From positions 224,001 through 288,000 of the forward strand of contig JAUQPB010000001.1 of the NCBI GenBank assembly GCA_030550585.1: a stretch of DNA of 64,000 nt, in the 5' to 3' direction. Below, piece after piece: positions 21,480-31,008 of the stretch. Within the stretch, counting starts at the first letter, position 1. Every line of letters begins with the position of its first letter. The notes below the pieces were generated by a model, which did not search any database, was not told the origin of the DNA, and saw nothing but the letters and a program-made list of their open reading frames with translations. The translations under genes were made by a program, and so were the position numbers. Origin of the DNA: Thermoproteota archaeon. GTDB taxonomy: Archaea > Thermoproteota > Thermoprotei_A > Sulfolobales > Ignisphaeraceae.

Positions 21480-22294
21480 TAGCGATGAGATACTACACCA
21501 CCCTCCACAACTTCATCCCCGAGAAAACCATACCTCTGATGAGGAACATAGCTATTGAGAGAACTGAACATATCCCTCATCGTGATGAAGGGAATATTGG
21601 AAACAGTAATCACGGTAATCCTCCCATTCCTATCACATCGAACAATAAATCTATCAGATAACTGACTCCAAGGAAAACGGAGAACCCCACTCTTATCGAT
21701 TTCGTAAAGCTTCATCCCGAGCTGATTACCAACAACCTGGAGTATGAGAACCCCACATACACTATAGTTCATGGACTGAAGAATATTTTCAAGAGATCTA
21801 ACTGTAACCCATCCATTCTTTAATGTCTTCAACCTCATCAACAACCTTTCGGGTATTGTTCCATTCTTACCCGTCAACCTTTTAAGATTCTCTACATCGT
21901 AAATATACGATATCTTATCAACATCTTTAGATTTTATAACAACCCTAGTATTCCCTCCACACTTCCTAACTACTATGAATTTCCTCTTTCTCATATCTCT
22001 ATGGAGATACTCTAGCAGATCCCTAGAAACAAGAACATCAATTATCCTGAAACCGCTAAGAACAATACCCGGATACCTATAGTAGACACCTCTCCCAGTC
22101 CTTATCTCCCGTCCAGAACCATACACCTCAAAATACACAAGATTGCGCAATTCTCTACTATAGCTTTCACCTAAATTACTAACAATAACATTACTAGTAC
22201 TAACACTTTTACTAAAACTTAAATTTCCACTACTAACACTAGTAATTCGGTTAGCAGAACTCTTAGCCCAGCCCTTTAACTTCCTCCTCCCCAA
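21479..22294 (-). CDS. basic hypothetical protein, candidate replication initiator
   Basis: 271 aa, K/R-rich; stop codon abuts the last iteron. Confidence 0.6.
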   Translation of the reverse strand: MGRRKLKGWAKSSANRITSVSSGNLSFSKSVSTSNVIVSNLGESYSRELRNLVYFEVYGSGREIRTGRGVYYRYPGIVLSGFRIIDVLVSRDLLEYLHRDMRKRKFIVVRKCGGNTRVVIKSKDVDKISYIYDVENLKRLTGKNGTIPERLLMRLKTLKNGWVTVRSLENILQSMNYSVCGVLILQVVGNQLGMKLYEIDKSGVLRFPWSQLSDRFIVRCDRNGRITVITVSNIPFITMRDMFSSLNSYVPHQRYGFLGDEVVEGGVVSHR

Positions 22295-22334
22295 CTCCTA
22301 AACCCCTCAGGTAAGAGCTAGGAGTATGAGATGG

Positions 22335-22535
22335 TTAGCCGTGTCTACCCTCAACTACTTGTATGTATATCCTTACCTTCAAGCCTCTGCGCTTTATTTC
22401 CTCCCAAACGGCGTTGAAGTCTCTCGGTAGGTAGATTATCCATCGGTCCCTACCTAGCTTCACTACCTCCCGAGCTGGAACGTATATGTCCCTTGGAAGT
22501 ATATGCAGGCGTGCTTCTTCAGCCATCGACTTCAC
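22335..22535 (-). CDS. small AbrB-like DNA-binding protein
   Basis: VVKLGRDRWIIYLPRD swapped-hairpin-like pattern; upstream of the candidate Rep. Confidence 0.55.
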   Translation of the reverse strand: MKSMAEEARLHILPRDIYVPAREVVKLGRDRWIIYLPRDFNAVWEEIKRRGLKVRIYIQVVEGRHG

Positions 22536-22606
22536 CAGTGAATATATACTGTTAATTGATAATATGTATGTGGCTAACAGATCGACGATGACCCGGAGGA
22601 AGAACT

Positions 22607-23410
22607 ATGAGGTTGGCTAACGCTACCAGAAGTCTTATCCAAGTCATGGGGACCTCGGTAGTGGTGAGGAGAAGCAGACTCCGAAGGTACGCGAGGGAAG
22701 TCGGTAGGTCTGACTCCCTCCTTCGCCTAATACTACACAAGCTTGGGAAGAAGGGACTGGTCTACGTGCGCGGAGACCTCGTCGTTAACGTCCCCCTACT
22801 CATACTCCACTACTCTGTGGCACGTTATCTAAATCTCGGGAAAGAGGATGAAGCGGTAGCAGAGGTAGCCAAAAACCTGTTGGAGGTGGGTATAGATGAG
22901 GTAGTAGCAAAAGACCTGGTATTTAAAGTAGTTGTTCAGATGCTTCCTAAGTATAAGCAATTCGTCAATTCCATCTATCGGTACTATGAGTGCTGGCGCG
23001 AAATTGTAGATTCACTTAAAGAGAATGGAGAAATAGACCACGTGGTCAACCTCTTCCTAATATATCTAGGTTTCCTTATTTCTGAGTCGGTCTCTCTAAC
23101 CCGCATAGAGCTCCAAGGTGAAACACTCCTAAATGAAGAGTTCATCGGCACCAGACTCTTCCTACACTCCCTATCAAGGTACGTAAGAAGTAAGCACATT
23201 GAAGAGCTAAGTAAGGCAAAGGAGAAACTAGTTAAGGAAATAGAGAGGCTCAAAACAGATGAAGACAGACACACACGGTTTTACGCAACACTACTCCTCG
23301 AACACACACTCTCAACAGCTATGGACAAGATACTCCCAAAGCTCTACACCCCAATCACACTCATACTCTACAAAAAACAAGAACAACGTACGGGGCAAGA
23401 ACCCCAATGA
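22607..23410 (+). CDS. hypothetical protein, possible N-terminal wHTH
   Basis: 267 aa; LRLILHKLGKKGLVYVRGD wing-like segment. Confidence 0.55.
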   Translation: MRLANATRSLIQVMGTSVVVRRSRLRRYAREVGRSDSLLRLILHKLGKKGLVYVRGDLVVNVPLLILHYSVARYLNLGKEDEAVAEVAKNLLEVGIDEVVAKDLVFKVVVQMLPKYKQFVNSIYRYYECWREIVDSLKENGEIDHVVNLFLIYLGFLISESVSLTRIELQGETLLNEEFIGTRLFLHSLSRYVRSKHIEELSKAKEKLVKEIERLKTDEDRHTRFYATLLLEHTLSTAMDKILPKLYTPITLILYKKQEQRTGQEPQ

Positions 23411-23530
23411 TAGGTAGTGCGGTGGTGCCCCGACTCCTGCGGTCTGCGTTTGTTTGGGGATGGGTTCTCGTGATATCAGGGTTGATATGCTCCTGCTTTT
23501 AAACTGTCTCCCTATTATTTAGGTGGGTCT

Positions 23531-24799
23531 ATGTCTACTTCCGTAAGACAGCGTAGTTCGTTTGAGGAGGTAGTTGAGTTTAGTGTTGAGCGTCCAACTG
23601 TCTACGTTAAGCGGGGGTCTGGAGCTAAGGTAGCCGTTAACCTGTTTGGGGCCGGGGTCAAGGTCCTACTATCCTCTAGTTCGGACCCAGGGCTACACAC
23701 CGACATCAGACCTAGCGCTGGTGTCGTACCGCTCACCGCCTTAGTGACCGTACATGCGGGACCTACGGCAGAACTCGGAGTCCGTAGTGTGAGGATCTCA
23801 GCGCTAGATAGAGAGAGGAGGGTAGTGCTAGCTTCGGCCAGTCTCCAAGTGGTCGTGGTTGATGACAAGCTGTTAGACGTTGTTAAGAAAGTCGGTGAGT
23901 ATAGGTTGCTGTACAGAGAGAAAGGGACTCAGTACACTCTACTAAAGGTACTTTGGGACTGGAGAAATACGGTATTCACCTTCGCAGAGATCAAAGCGAT
24001 ATACGAAATGTTGGTGGCGAGAAGTCTATCCAAGGGAACAGTACACGAAGTTCTAAAGAGAATGCTTAGAAAGGGGCTAGTAATTCGCAGACCAGAGGGA
24101 TATGCATTCAATCCAAAGATCACTATGCACGAGGCGTTGAGAGCCATAGACATCAAGAGATCGTTAAACGGGAAGCGAGGAGCGATGAGTAGTCAGCAGA
24201 GGGAAGCCACTAACACAGTTGATGTGGATAGCCCGAAGACCCCTCACGAGGTTAGAGAGCTCATGGAGAGAGCTTCACAACTCGCTAAACAAGACTACTG
24301 GAAGGCTGTCGACCTAATCGCACATACATTGGTAGGGGCTCGGGAAACTGGGATCTGGTTCCTCTGGGTAAACGACCTCTTCATATACCGTGAGGAGAAG
24401 ACAGGGTTCTTCCACTACTTCAAGTCCCGCAGACTCTCGGAATTCCTAAAGGAGTTGGGGTTTGTGGAGGGACTCATGTTCAATCACACAAAACACTCTG
24501 CTAAAGACCTCATCCACGACCTCTATTGGTCGTACCCAAATGCTAGACGACTACACTACCTACTCAAGCAACATGGATGGTTTGAGTACCCAAACGACAT
24601 TCTCCTAATAGAGTTCTACTACGACTCGGGAAAAATCGCGTACATAGCGGTAAGAGAACTCAACAACGACACCGTACTATGGGGTTACGGCAACTCAGAG
24701 CACTCCGAGGAAGTAGAGAGGTTCCCAGTAATACCCGGCGAACACGTAGACAGAGAGAATGAGGAAACATACTTCTACAGACCGGCGGGGATATTCTAA
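23531..24799 (+). CDS. hypothetical protein with beta-rich N-terminus and central wHTH
   Basis: TFAEIKAIY..LSKGTVHEVLKRMLRKGLVIRRPEGY. Confidence 0.7.
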   Translation: MSTSVRQRSSFEEVVEFSVERPTVYVKRGSGAKVAVNLFGAGVKVLLSSSSDPGLHTDIRPSAGVVPLTALVTVHAGPTAELGVRSVRISALDRERRVVLASASLQVVVVDDKLLDVVKKVGEYRLLYREKGTQYTLLKVLWDWRNTVFTFAEIKAIYEMLVARSLSKGTVHEVLKRMLRKGLVIRRPEGYAFNPKITMHEALRAIDIKRSLNGKRGAMSSQQREATNTVDVDSPKTPHEVRELMERASQLAKQDYWKAVDLIAHTLVGARETGIWFLWVNDLFIYREEKTGFFHYFKSRRLSEFLKELGFVEGLMFNHTKHSAKDLIHDLYWSYPNARRLHYLLKQHGWFEYPNDILLIEFYYDSGKIAYIAVRELNNDTVLWGYGNSEHSEEVERFPVIPGEHVDRENEETYFYRPAGIF

Positions 24800-24954
24800 C
24801 AAAGACTCAGGTCTCCCCACTTCTATATGGAGAGCGAGTAGTTAGAGAAAACCTCTAAAAACAGTTCACTTCCCGAATAGACCTGCGAACAATCTTTAGT
24901 ACTCAAGTTTTTTATATTCTCTTAGAGAATTCTGTAGTAGGTGCTATAGAGCTT

Positions 24955-25116
24955 ATGCCCGTTATGGCTCGCACCAGGATTGGTAGGTATTATAGGACGA
25001 CTATTCCCAGGGAGGTCCGCAAGCTACTGGAACTAAGGGAGAACGACGAGGTCGAGTGGGTCTTTGAGAACGGAGTAGTCTACGTTAGAAAAGCAGGGGG
25101 TGAACAACATGGTTAG
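24955..25116 (+). CDS. AbrB/MazE/SpoVT family DNA-binding protein (53 aa, not in ORF track)
   Basis: MPVMARTRIGRYYRTTIPREVRKLLELRENDEVEWVFENGVVYVRKAGGEQHG; overlaps next start. Confidence 0.85.
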   Translation: MPVMARTRIGRYYRTTIPREVRKLLELRENDEVEWVFENGVVYVRKAGGEQHG

Positions 25117-25312
25117 ATGTCCGTTCTGCGGATTTGAATCGAGCCTGGAGGATTTCAAGAAGCTAAGAGAACCCTGGAGATTCAGGTTCTACGAGGTTAA
25201 AATGCTGGAGTGTCCTAAGTGTAAAGGTGTGTTCAACTACTACGAGGGTTTTTCACCAAGAGGTAAGCGTTCCTCGTTCATGATTAAAATGAGACCGCGG
25301 GCTAGAGCATGA
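25109..25312 (+). CDS. Zn-ribbon protein
   Basis: CPFCG and CPKCK pairs; ATGA overlap with the downstream RM gene. Confidence 0.75.
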   Translation: MVRCPFCGFESSLEDFKKLREPWRFRFYEVKMLECPKCKGVFNYYEGFSPRGKRSSFMIKMRPRARA

Positions 25313-28300
25313 GTAGTAGAATTCCTGTGCCTCAAATAGATATAGATGATGTAGTGAACTGCTTTAAGCAGAGTGTTAGAACAGCTAGAAATGAGGAGGA
25401 GGTTAGAGCAAGGGTTTCAGTAAGGTGCATTGAGGAGAAGATACTGAAGCCCCTGGGTATAACCCAGTACGGTCACTACGAATACACCCTTGTCTCGGGT
25501 GCTAGGGTAGACGCGCTGTACGGTCACGTGATAGTTGAGTACAAGGCTCCCGGTAAGCTCTCATCAGCATCCGACATAGCTAAAGCTAAGGAGCAAGTAA
25601 TTAGATACATCACTAAGGAGGCACCCAGTAAAGCTGAGTGGGATAGGTACCTGGGAGTCATAATAAGCGATAGAATAGCCTTCGTGAGGTACTATAAGCC
25701 CCAGGATACATGGATACTCAGAGGACCCTACGAGATCACCAGGGAAAGCGTTGTTAAGCTCATAGAGGCAATCAGAGGACTAAGGAGAAAAGCTCTCAAA
25801 GTAGACCCCCTACTCACCGACTTCGGTCCTCAGTCAGTAATAGCTAGAAGAGCCGTGAACACTCTCTATAGGAAGTTGCTGAACAGTAAAAACCCTAGAG
25901 CCAGGATGCTCTTCGAGGACTGGATGAGGCTCTTCAAGCAAGCAACTGGTTACGACCCCGAGAAACTCAAAGAGCTTCGTCAACTAGCCTCGGAGTACGG
26001 CATAGTAGGTAGTGTTAATTGCGATGCTCTGATATTCGCTATTCAAACGTACTACGCCTTCATAATGAAGCTACTAGCTGCAGAAGTCGTTTACCTATAC
26101 GGTGGTGGCAGGTTCTACAAATCCTACATCGCTGAGCTAGACGACAAGTACACAAGCGGTGGAGTTGAAGCCCTAAGGGGTGCCCTAGCAGAGCTCGAGA
26201 GCGGAGGTATCTTCAAGACCTTCGGTTACGAGAACTTCCTTGAGGGAGACTACTTCTCCTGGTACCTCGGTGAGCTGGATAAGGAGCTAGCCGACGTACT
26301 AGCTGAGATCGTCAGGAGGCTAGAAGACTACGAGCCTGCAACACCACAGCTGGAACCAGAGTACGCTAGAGACCTGCTGAAGAGGCTTTACCAAAACATT
26401 GTTCCCAGAGACATAAGACACAAGCTGGGAGAGTACTACACACCAGACTGGCTGGCGGACTTCCTCCTAGACGAGGCGGGACTCACACTCGAAAACCTGG
26501 AGAAAATGGGAGCTGAAGACCCGCTAAAACCATTTCAGATAAGGGTTCTCGACCCAGCCTGCGGGTCGGGGACCTTCCTCGTGAGGTACATTGCGAGGCT
26601 TAGAGCTTACGCTAGAGAGCACTACCTTGAGGATGTTCTCGTAGACTACTTGCTAAGCAACGTCGTAGGATACGACTTAAACCCTATAGCCGTGCTAACA
26701 GCTAGAACCAACTACTTGCTCATGATAGCTGACTTACCCAAGAGAGGGACAATAGAAATACCTGTGTACTTAGCCGACTCCCTCATGGTTGAGAGGAAGA
26801 CAACGCTCACCGGAAACGTCTACGTGCTCAAAACTGTTGTCGGAGAGTTCCAAGTACCCGTGAGGATCGTGGATAGTGGACTCCTACCGAGGATCCTATC
26901 GGAGGTAACCAGTACGCTGAAGAACAGGTACACACCCGATGACTTCAAGAATAGGATTAAGTACGTCTTCAAGGACATATCGAACAGCGAGCTAGAGGTA
27001 TTAACAGGGTTCTACGCTACCCTGCTAAAGCTCGAGGTAGAGGGGAAGAACGATGTCTGGGTTTCCATAATAAGAAACGCCTTCGCACCAATGCTCAAAG
27101 GCAAGTTCGACTACGTGGTGGGCAACCCACCGTGGGTGAACTGGGAAAACCTACCAGAAGAGTACAGAAAGATTAGCAAACTACTATGGTCTCAGTATGG
27201 GTTAATGGAGGCAAGAGGTAGAGGTTTAGGGAAGGTTAAAAGAGACTTAGCAATGCTGTTCCTAGCTAGGTGCTTTGACCTATACCTGAAGTCCGGTGGA
27301 AAACACGCTTTTCTAATGCCGTTCACAGTGTTCAAAACCCAAGCTGGTGCGGGATTCAGAAGGTTCCTAGCGACCAAAACAAGAGTGCATGTTGTACACG
27401 ACATGGTGTTAACAAAACCGTTTGAGGGAGCAGTGAACAGAACTTCAGCCATAGTTGTCGAAAAGATCTGCGAGCTAAAGGACATCAGCAATACAAAGAA
27501 ATGCCCTGACACGGTTAAACTGGTGGAGGAGAACAAGAAGATAAGGCACGTGGTATGGGTTAGCGAAAAACCCGTTCCAACCGATACGCCACTAGAAGAG
27601 GTCCTGAAAACCGTTGAGAGGTACAGAGCAGTAATGACGCCGTTAATGGAGAGAGATCCTTCGAGTCCCTGGATGCAGGTAACGGAAAGAGTGCTACCGC
27701 ACGTCAGGAAGCTAGTTGGCGAATCACAATACGAAGCACATGAGGGTGTGAATACGGCGTTAAACCAGGTTTACTTTGTAGAAATCAAGGAGAGACTACC
27801 CGATGGAAAGCTAGTGATAACGAATCCGCCAGAAGCTGGTCAAAAGAAGAGAATTAAGCAAGTAGAAGCCGTAGTTGAGCCAGACTACGTTTACCCGCTG
27901 ATCAGGGGACGGGATATAAAGAGGTGGTACGTGGACTTCAGGGACAGATACATCATTGTACCTCACGACCCAAAGACTGGAAAACCTCTACAGGAGCTGG
28001 TAGTAAAGACAGAATATCCACATACATACCAGTACTTCTCGATTTTCAGCAAGGAGCTAATGAACAGATCTATTCACAAGTTATGGGGCAAAGGAAACCC
28101 GTTCTACGCGGTATACGATATAGGTTCATACACTTTCGCTCCATACAAGGTCGTCTGGAAAGAAGTGTCGTCAAGGATGGGAGCTGGAGGATTCCATGTA
28201 GCGGTCATAGGGACTCTTAGTGGTAAATACCTGGGGGAAAAAGTAGTAGTGCCGGATCACACGGTTGTATTGGTACCGTTGAACGACGAGAAGGAGGCAC

Positions 28301-28974
28301 ACTACCTTAGTGCCATATTGAACTCCAGCATAGTAGCATTTGTTGGAACCTACATGCCTGTTAAGGGCTTAGAGAACCTGGCTATTCCCAAGTTCAACCC
28401 GAATAATCCTGTTCATGGAGAGCTCTACCAGCTCTCCATGAGAGCTCACAAGCTTGCCATGTGCGTTTACGCCGAAGTTGATCCTGATTATTGCGGAGAG
28501 TTCAGGAACCCGAAGGAGGAACTTGCACAAGTTGAGGAGCAGATAGATAGATTAGTTGCAGAGCTCTATGGTATGCCCGAGGACGCGCTACAGGACATCA
28601 GGAGGCTGTTAGCTATCTTAAAGGCTGAGGAGGCTCCAGAGGGAGATGAAGTAGAGGAAGAAGCATTGGAACCATCCATAGAGTTTCTCAAGACTGATGT
28701 AGCTGCTGGTCAAAGAGACTACGTAGAGTTCAACGTTGTAACTGTGGAGGAGTGTGATAAGGCGAGGATTACTCTGCAAGGCCCATGGGGCGTCAAAGAT
28801 CTCAGCTTAGGTGAGGGTAGACATAAACTAGAAGTAGTCCTTCCCGAGGGTGTCTACGAGGTTAAGTACACGTTTATCTGCGGAGAGCACAGTTACGAGG
28901 GCTCATTCAAGGTTACATCCTCTAAGTCTCTACCAACAGGTCCTAAGAGGCCTAGCACGCTGAAGCTCGGGTAG
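25309..28974 (+). CDS. type IIG-like restriction-modification enzyme (nuclease, N6-MTase, TRD) with C-terminal Ig-like extension
   Basis: E..RVDALY..IVEYKAP nuclease motif; GEYYTP, VLDPACGSGTF (motif I), VGNPPW (motif IV); TaqI-C-like YKVVWKE..HYLSAILNS. Confidence 0.9.
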   Translation: MSSRIPVPQIDIDDVVNCFKQSVRTARNEEEVRARVSVRCIEEKILKPLGITQYGHYEYTLVSGARVDALYGHVIVEYKAPGKLSSASDIAKAKEQVIRYITKEAPSKAEWDRYLGVIISDRIAFVRYYKPQDTWILRGPYEITRESVVKLIEAIRGLRRKALKVDPLLTDFGPQSVIARRAVNTLYRKLLNSKNPRARMLFEDWMRLFKQATGYDPEKLKELRQLASEYGIVGSVNCDALIFAIQTYYAFIMKLLAAEVVYLYGGGRFYKSYIAELDDKYTSGGVEALRGALAELESGGIFKTFGYENFLEGDYFSWYLGELDKELADVLAEIVRRLEDYEPATPQLEPEYARDLLKRLYQNIVPRDIRHKLGEYYTPDWLADFLLDEAGLTLENLEKMGAEDPLKPFQIRVLDPACGSGTFLVRYIARLRAYAREHYLEDVLVDYLLSNVVGYDLNPIAVLTARTNYLLMIADLPKRGTIEIPVYLADSLMVERKTTLTGNVYVLKTVVGEFQVPVRIVDSGLLPRILSEVTSTLKNRYTPDDFKNRIKYVFKDISNSELEVLTGFYATLLKLEVEGKNDVWVSIIRNAFAPMLKGKFDYVVGNPPWVNWENLPEEYRKISKLLWSQYGLMEARGRGLGKVKRDLAMLFLARCFDLYLKSGGKHAFLMPFTVFKTQAGAGFRRFLATKTRVHVVHDMVLTKPFEGAVNRTSAIVVEKICELKDISNTKKCPDTVKLVEENKKIRHVVWVSEKPVPTDTPLEEVLKTVERYRAVMTPLMERDPSSPWMQVTERVLPHVRKLVGESQYEAHEGVNTALNQVYFVEIKERLPDGKLVITNPPEAGQKKRIKQVEAVVEPDYVYPLIRGRDIKRWYVDFRDRYIIVPHDPKTGKPLQELVVKTEYPHTYQYFSIFSKELMNRSIHKLWGKGNPFYAVYDIGSYTFAPYKVVWKEVSSRMGAGGFHVAVIGTLSGKYLGEKVVVPDHTVVLVPLNDEKEAHYLSAILNSSIVAFVGTYMPVKGLENLAIPKFNPNNPVHGELYQLSMRAHKLAMCVYAEVDPDYCGEFRNPKEELAQVEEQIDRLVAELYGMPEDALQDIRRLLAILKAEEAPEGDEVEEEALEPSIEFLKTDVAAGQRDYVEFNVVTVEECDKARITLQGPWGVKDLSLGEGRHKLEVVLPEGVYEVKYTFICGEHSYEGSFKVTSSKSLPTGPKRPSTLKLG

Positions 28975-28978
28975 CCTT

Positions 28979-30412
28979 ATGAGCGACTTGTTCGCGAAGA
29001 TTAGGAGGGTTTTCGCGGAATACGCGGTCGACAAGAGCCTGCTTCAGGTAGCTGAAGTATCTAAGTTGCCCGGCTTCGTAGCAGAATACTTGATGACTGA
29101 GTTCTCCCAGATGTACCCAAGCGACTGGCAGGAGAGGCTGAGGGAGTTCATACGCCAGCACTACTTCGAGGCTAGCGAGAAGGAGTACGTAAAGCACCTA
29201 CTCGTCGAGAGGAGGAGGGTCTCACTAATCGATGAACTAGTGGTATGGGTAGACCTAGAGTCAGGTGAGCACAAGGGCATACTCCAGTCTATAGGGGAGC
29301 GTGACGTTAGGGTTCCAGCTGAGATAGCTAGGAGCTACCCAATGACCATGATCACGGGTATGTGGGGGCTGGTAGAGCTGGAGTACTCACCTGAGACTGC
29401 TAAGAGAGATTTAAACGGTAACTTGCTCGAGAACCCTGTAGTTGTTACGGATTTTAAACCTTTTCAAGCACCTGTCAGAGACCCTAAGTTACTTAGAGAC
29501 GCTAGGAGTTTCTTCACCTTTGATGAGTGGTTAGACGTGTTGATAAACACTATTGGTTACAACCATAATGTCTACCGAGATACGAGGAGGAAGCTGGTGC
29601 TGTTGTCCAGGCTCCTACCAATAGTCGAGGAGAACCTCCACCTAGCTGAGTTCGGTCCTAAGGCTACGGGTAAGACCTACGTTTTCAGGAACGTGAGTAG
29701 GTACTCCAGGATTATAGTCGGGGGCACGATATCTCCAGCAGCACTATTCTACAACCTTAGGACGGGTATGCCTGGTGAGCTTGCTGTGAGAGACTGTGTG
29801 GTGTTCGACGAGATATCTAAGGTCAGGTTTCCGAACCCGGACGAAGTCGTCGCTAAACTGAAGGACTTCATGGAGAGTAGTCAGTATGAGAGGGGGAAGC
29901 AGAGAGTAACCTCCGGTGCTTCAATAGTCATGCTAGGCAACGTCGAAGTCGAGGAGAGGGAGGGGACCTACATACCGGTAGAGGACCTAACTTACCTACT
30001 GCCCAAGCCCATGAGGGACTCAGCGTTGATCGACAGAATTAGTGGTGTTATACCTGGGTGGGAGCTGCCGAAGATAGGGCGGGCAAGGTACCATCTATCA
30101 CAGGGATACGGTATCGCGTTAGACTACTTCTCCGAGGTGCTACATGAGCTAAGGAAGGAGAGCCTCTTAGGTGAGGTAGGCAAGCACGTAGAGCTCTTCG
30201 GCAACGTGACGATTAGGGACGAGAGGGCCGTGAAGAAGATTGTAAGCGCCTTCACGAAGCTCCTCTTCCCAGACCTAGAGTTCGATAAGAGAGAGCTACA
30301 AGTAGTAGTCCAATACGCAGTAGAGCTGAGGCAGAGAGTTAGAGACTGGCTACACAAGCTATCACCGGGGGAGTTCCCTAGGGAAGCACTCTCCTTTAAG
30401 CTACGTGGATAA
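28979..30412 (+). CDS. brxL: BrxL-family MCM-like AAA+ ATPase lacking the Lon protease domain
   Basis: LPGFVAEYL, RSFFTFDEWLDVLINTIG, LSRLLPIVEEN, GPKATGKT, VVFDEI, LKDFMES, DSALIDRI and IRDERAV; ends at 477 aa. Confidence 0.88.
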   Translation: MSDLFAKIRRVFAEYAVDKSLLQVAEVSKLPGFVAEYLMTEFSQMYPSDWQERLREFIRQHYFEASEKEYVKHLLVERRRVSLIDELVVWVDLESGEHKGILQSIGERDVRVPAEIARSYPMTMITGMWGLVELEYSPETAKRDLNGNLLENPVVVTDFKPFQAPVRDPKLLRDARSFFTFDEWLDVLINTIGYNHNVYRDTRRKLVLLSRLLPIVEENLHLAEFGPKATGKTYVFRNVSRYSRIIVGGTISPAALFYNLRTGMPGELAVRDCVVFDEISKVRFPNPDEVVAKLKDFMESSQYERGKQRVTSGASIVMLGNVEVEEREGTYIPVEDLTYLLPKPMRDSALIDRISGVIPGWELPKIGRARYHLSQGYGIALDYFSEVLHELRKESLLGEVGKHVELFGNVTIRDERAVKKIVSAFTKLLFPDLEFDKRELQVVVQYAVELRQRVRDWLHKLSPGEFPREALSFKLRG

Positions 30413-30606
30413 CCCTATCCCGCAGTCTTGATCGGTGGTGCGGATGAGAGTGAGAACGTTAAGAAGCTTTAAGATATCACGACTTAGAAAATAGATAAAG
30501 GGGTCGCTCCTCAACGATCCCCATCCCCTCCGTAGTTTACCCACTACACCATATTTTACTGAGTAAAGCCTATAAGCCTGCTAAGAGGGCGTAGCTTGGT
30601 GAAGCT

Positions 30607-31008
30607 ATGCCGATAGTCATGCGCCCACTAGATAGGATCGCAGAGAAGTGGAGGAGAAGGTCCTTGGCTGCCGCCGGGGACTACGCCGAGGGTGTTGCAG
30701 CATCTAGGAGACCGTGGCGGGAGCAGATACTGGCGTCAGCCGATAAGTGGGTGAGGGGAGTAGTAGAGGCCGTAGCTGTGAACTCGTACGCAAGGGGTGT
30801 GGCCGCTATCCCCAGTGAGCTCTGGAGGTCTAGAGCCCTAACCACCGGCGTCACCAGGTACGCTGAGGGGGTAGACAGGTCGGTAAGAGTTTACGAGGCA
30901 TTCAGGGCCCTCTCCGAGCTGATGCTACCCCCGCGTGCTCCGCGTGGAGACCCAAGGAACCTGGAGAGAGTAGTAGTGGTCGTCAAGGCGCTGAAGCGGG
31001 TGAAGTAG
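30607..31008 (+). CDS. basic alpha-helical protein with internal repeats, possibly viral nucleocapsid-like
   Basis: KW..R..A..DYAEGV and LW..RA..G..RYAEGV repeats; LPPRAPRGDPRN tail. Confidence 0.6.
   Translation: MPIVMRPLDRIAEKWRRRSLAAAGDYAEGVAASRRPWREQILASADKWVRGVVEAVAVNSYARGVAAIPSELWRSRALTTGVTRYAEGVDRSVRVYEAFRALSELMLPPRAPRGDPRNLERVVVVVKALKRVK

Noticed and set aside
25309-30412. complete BREX system (PglX plus BrxL)
   Set aside because: No PglZ, BrxC/PglY, BrxA or BrxB in the element; the MTase has an apparently intact N-terminal nuclease motif like type IIG enzymes
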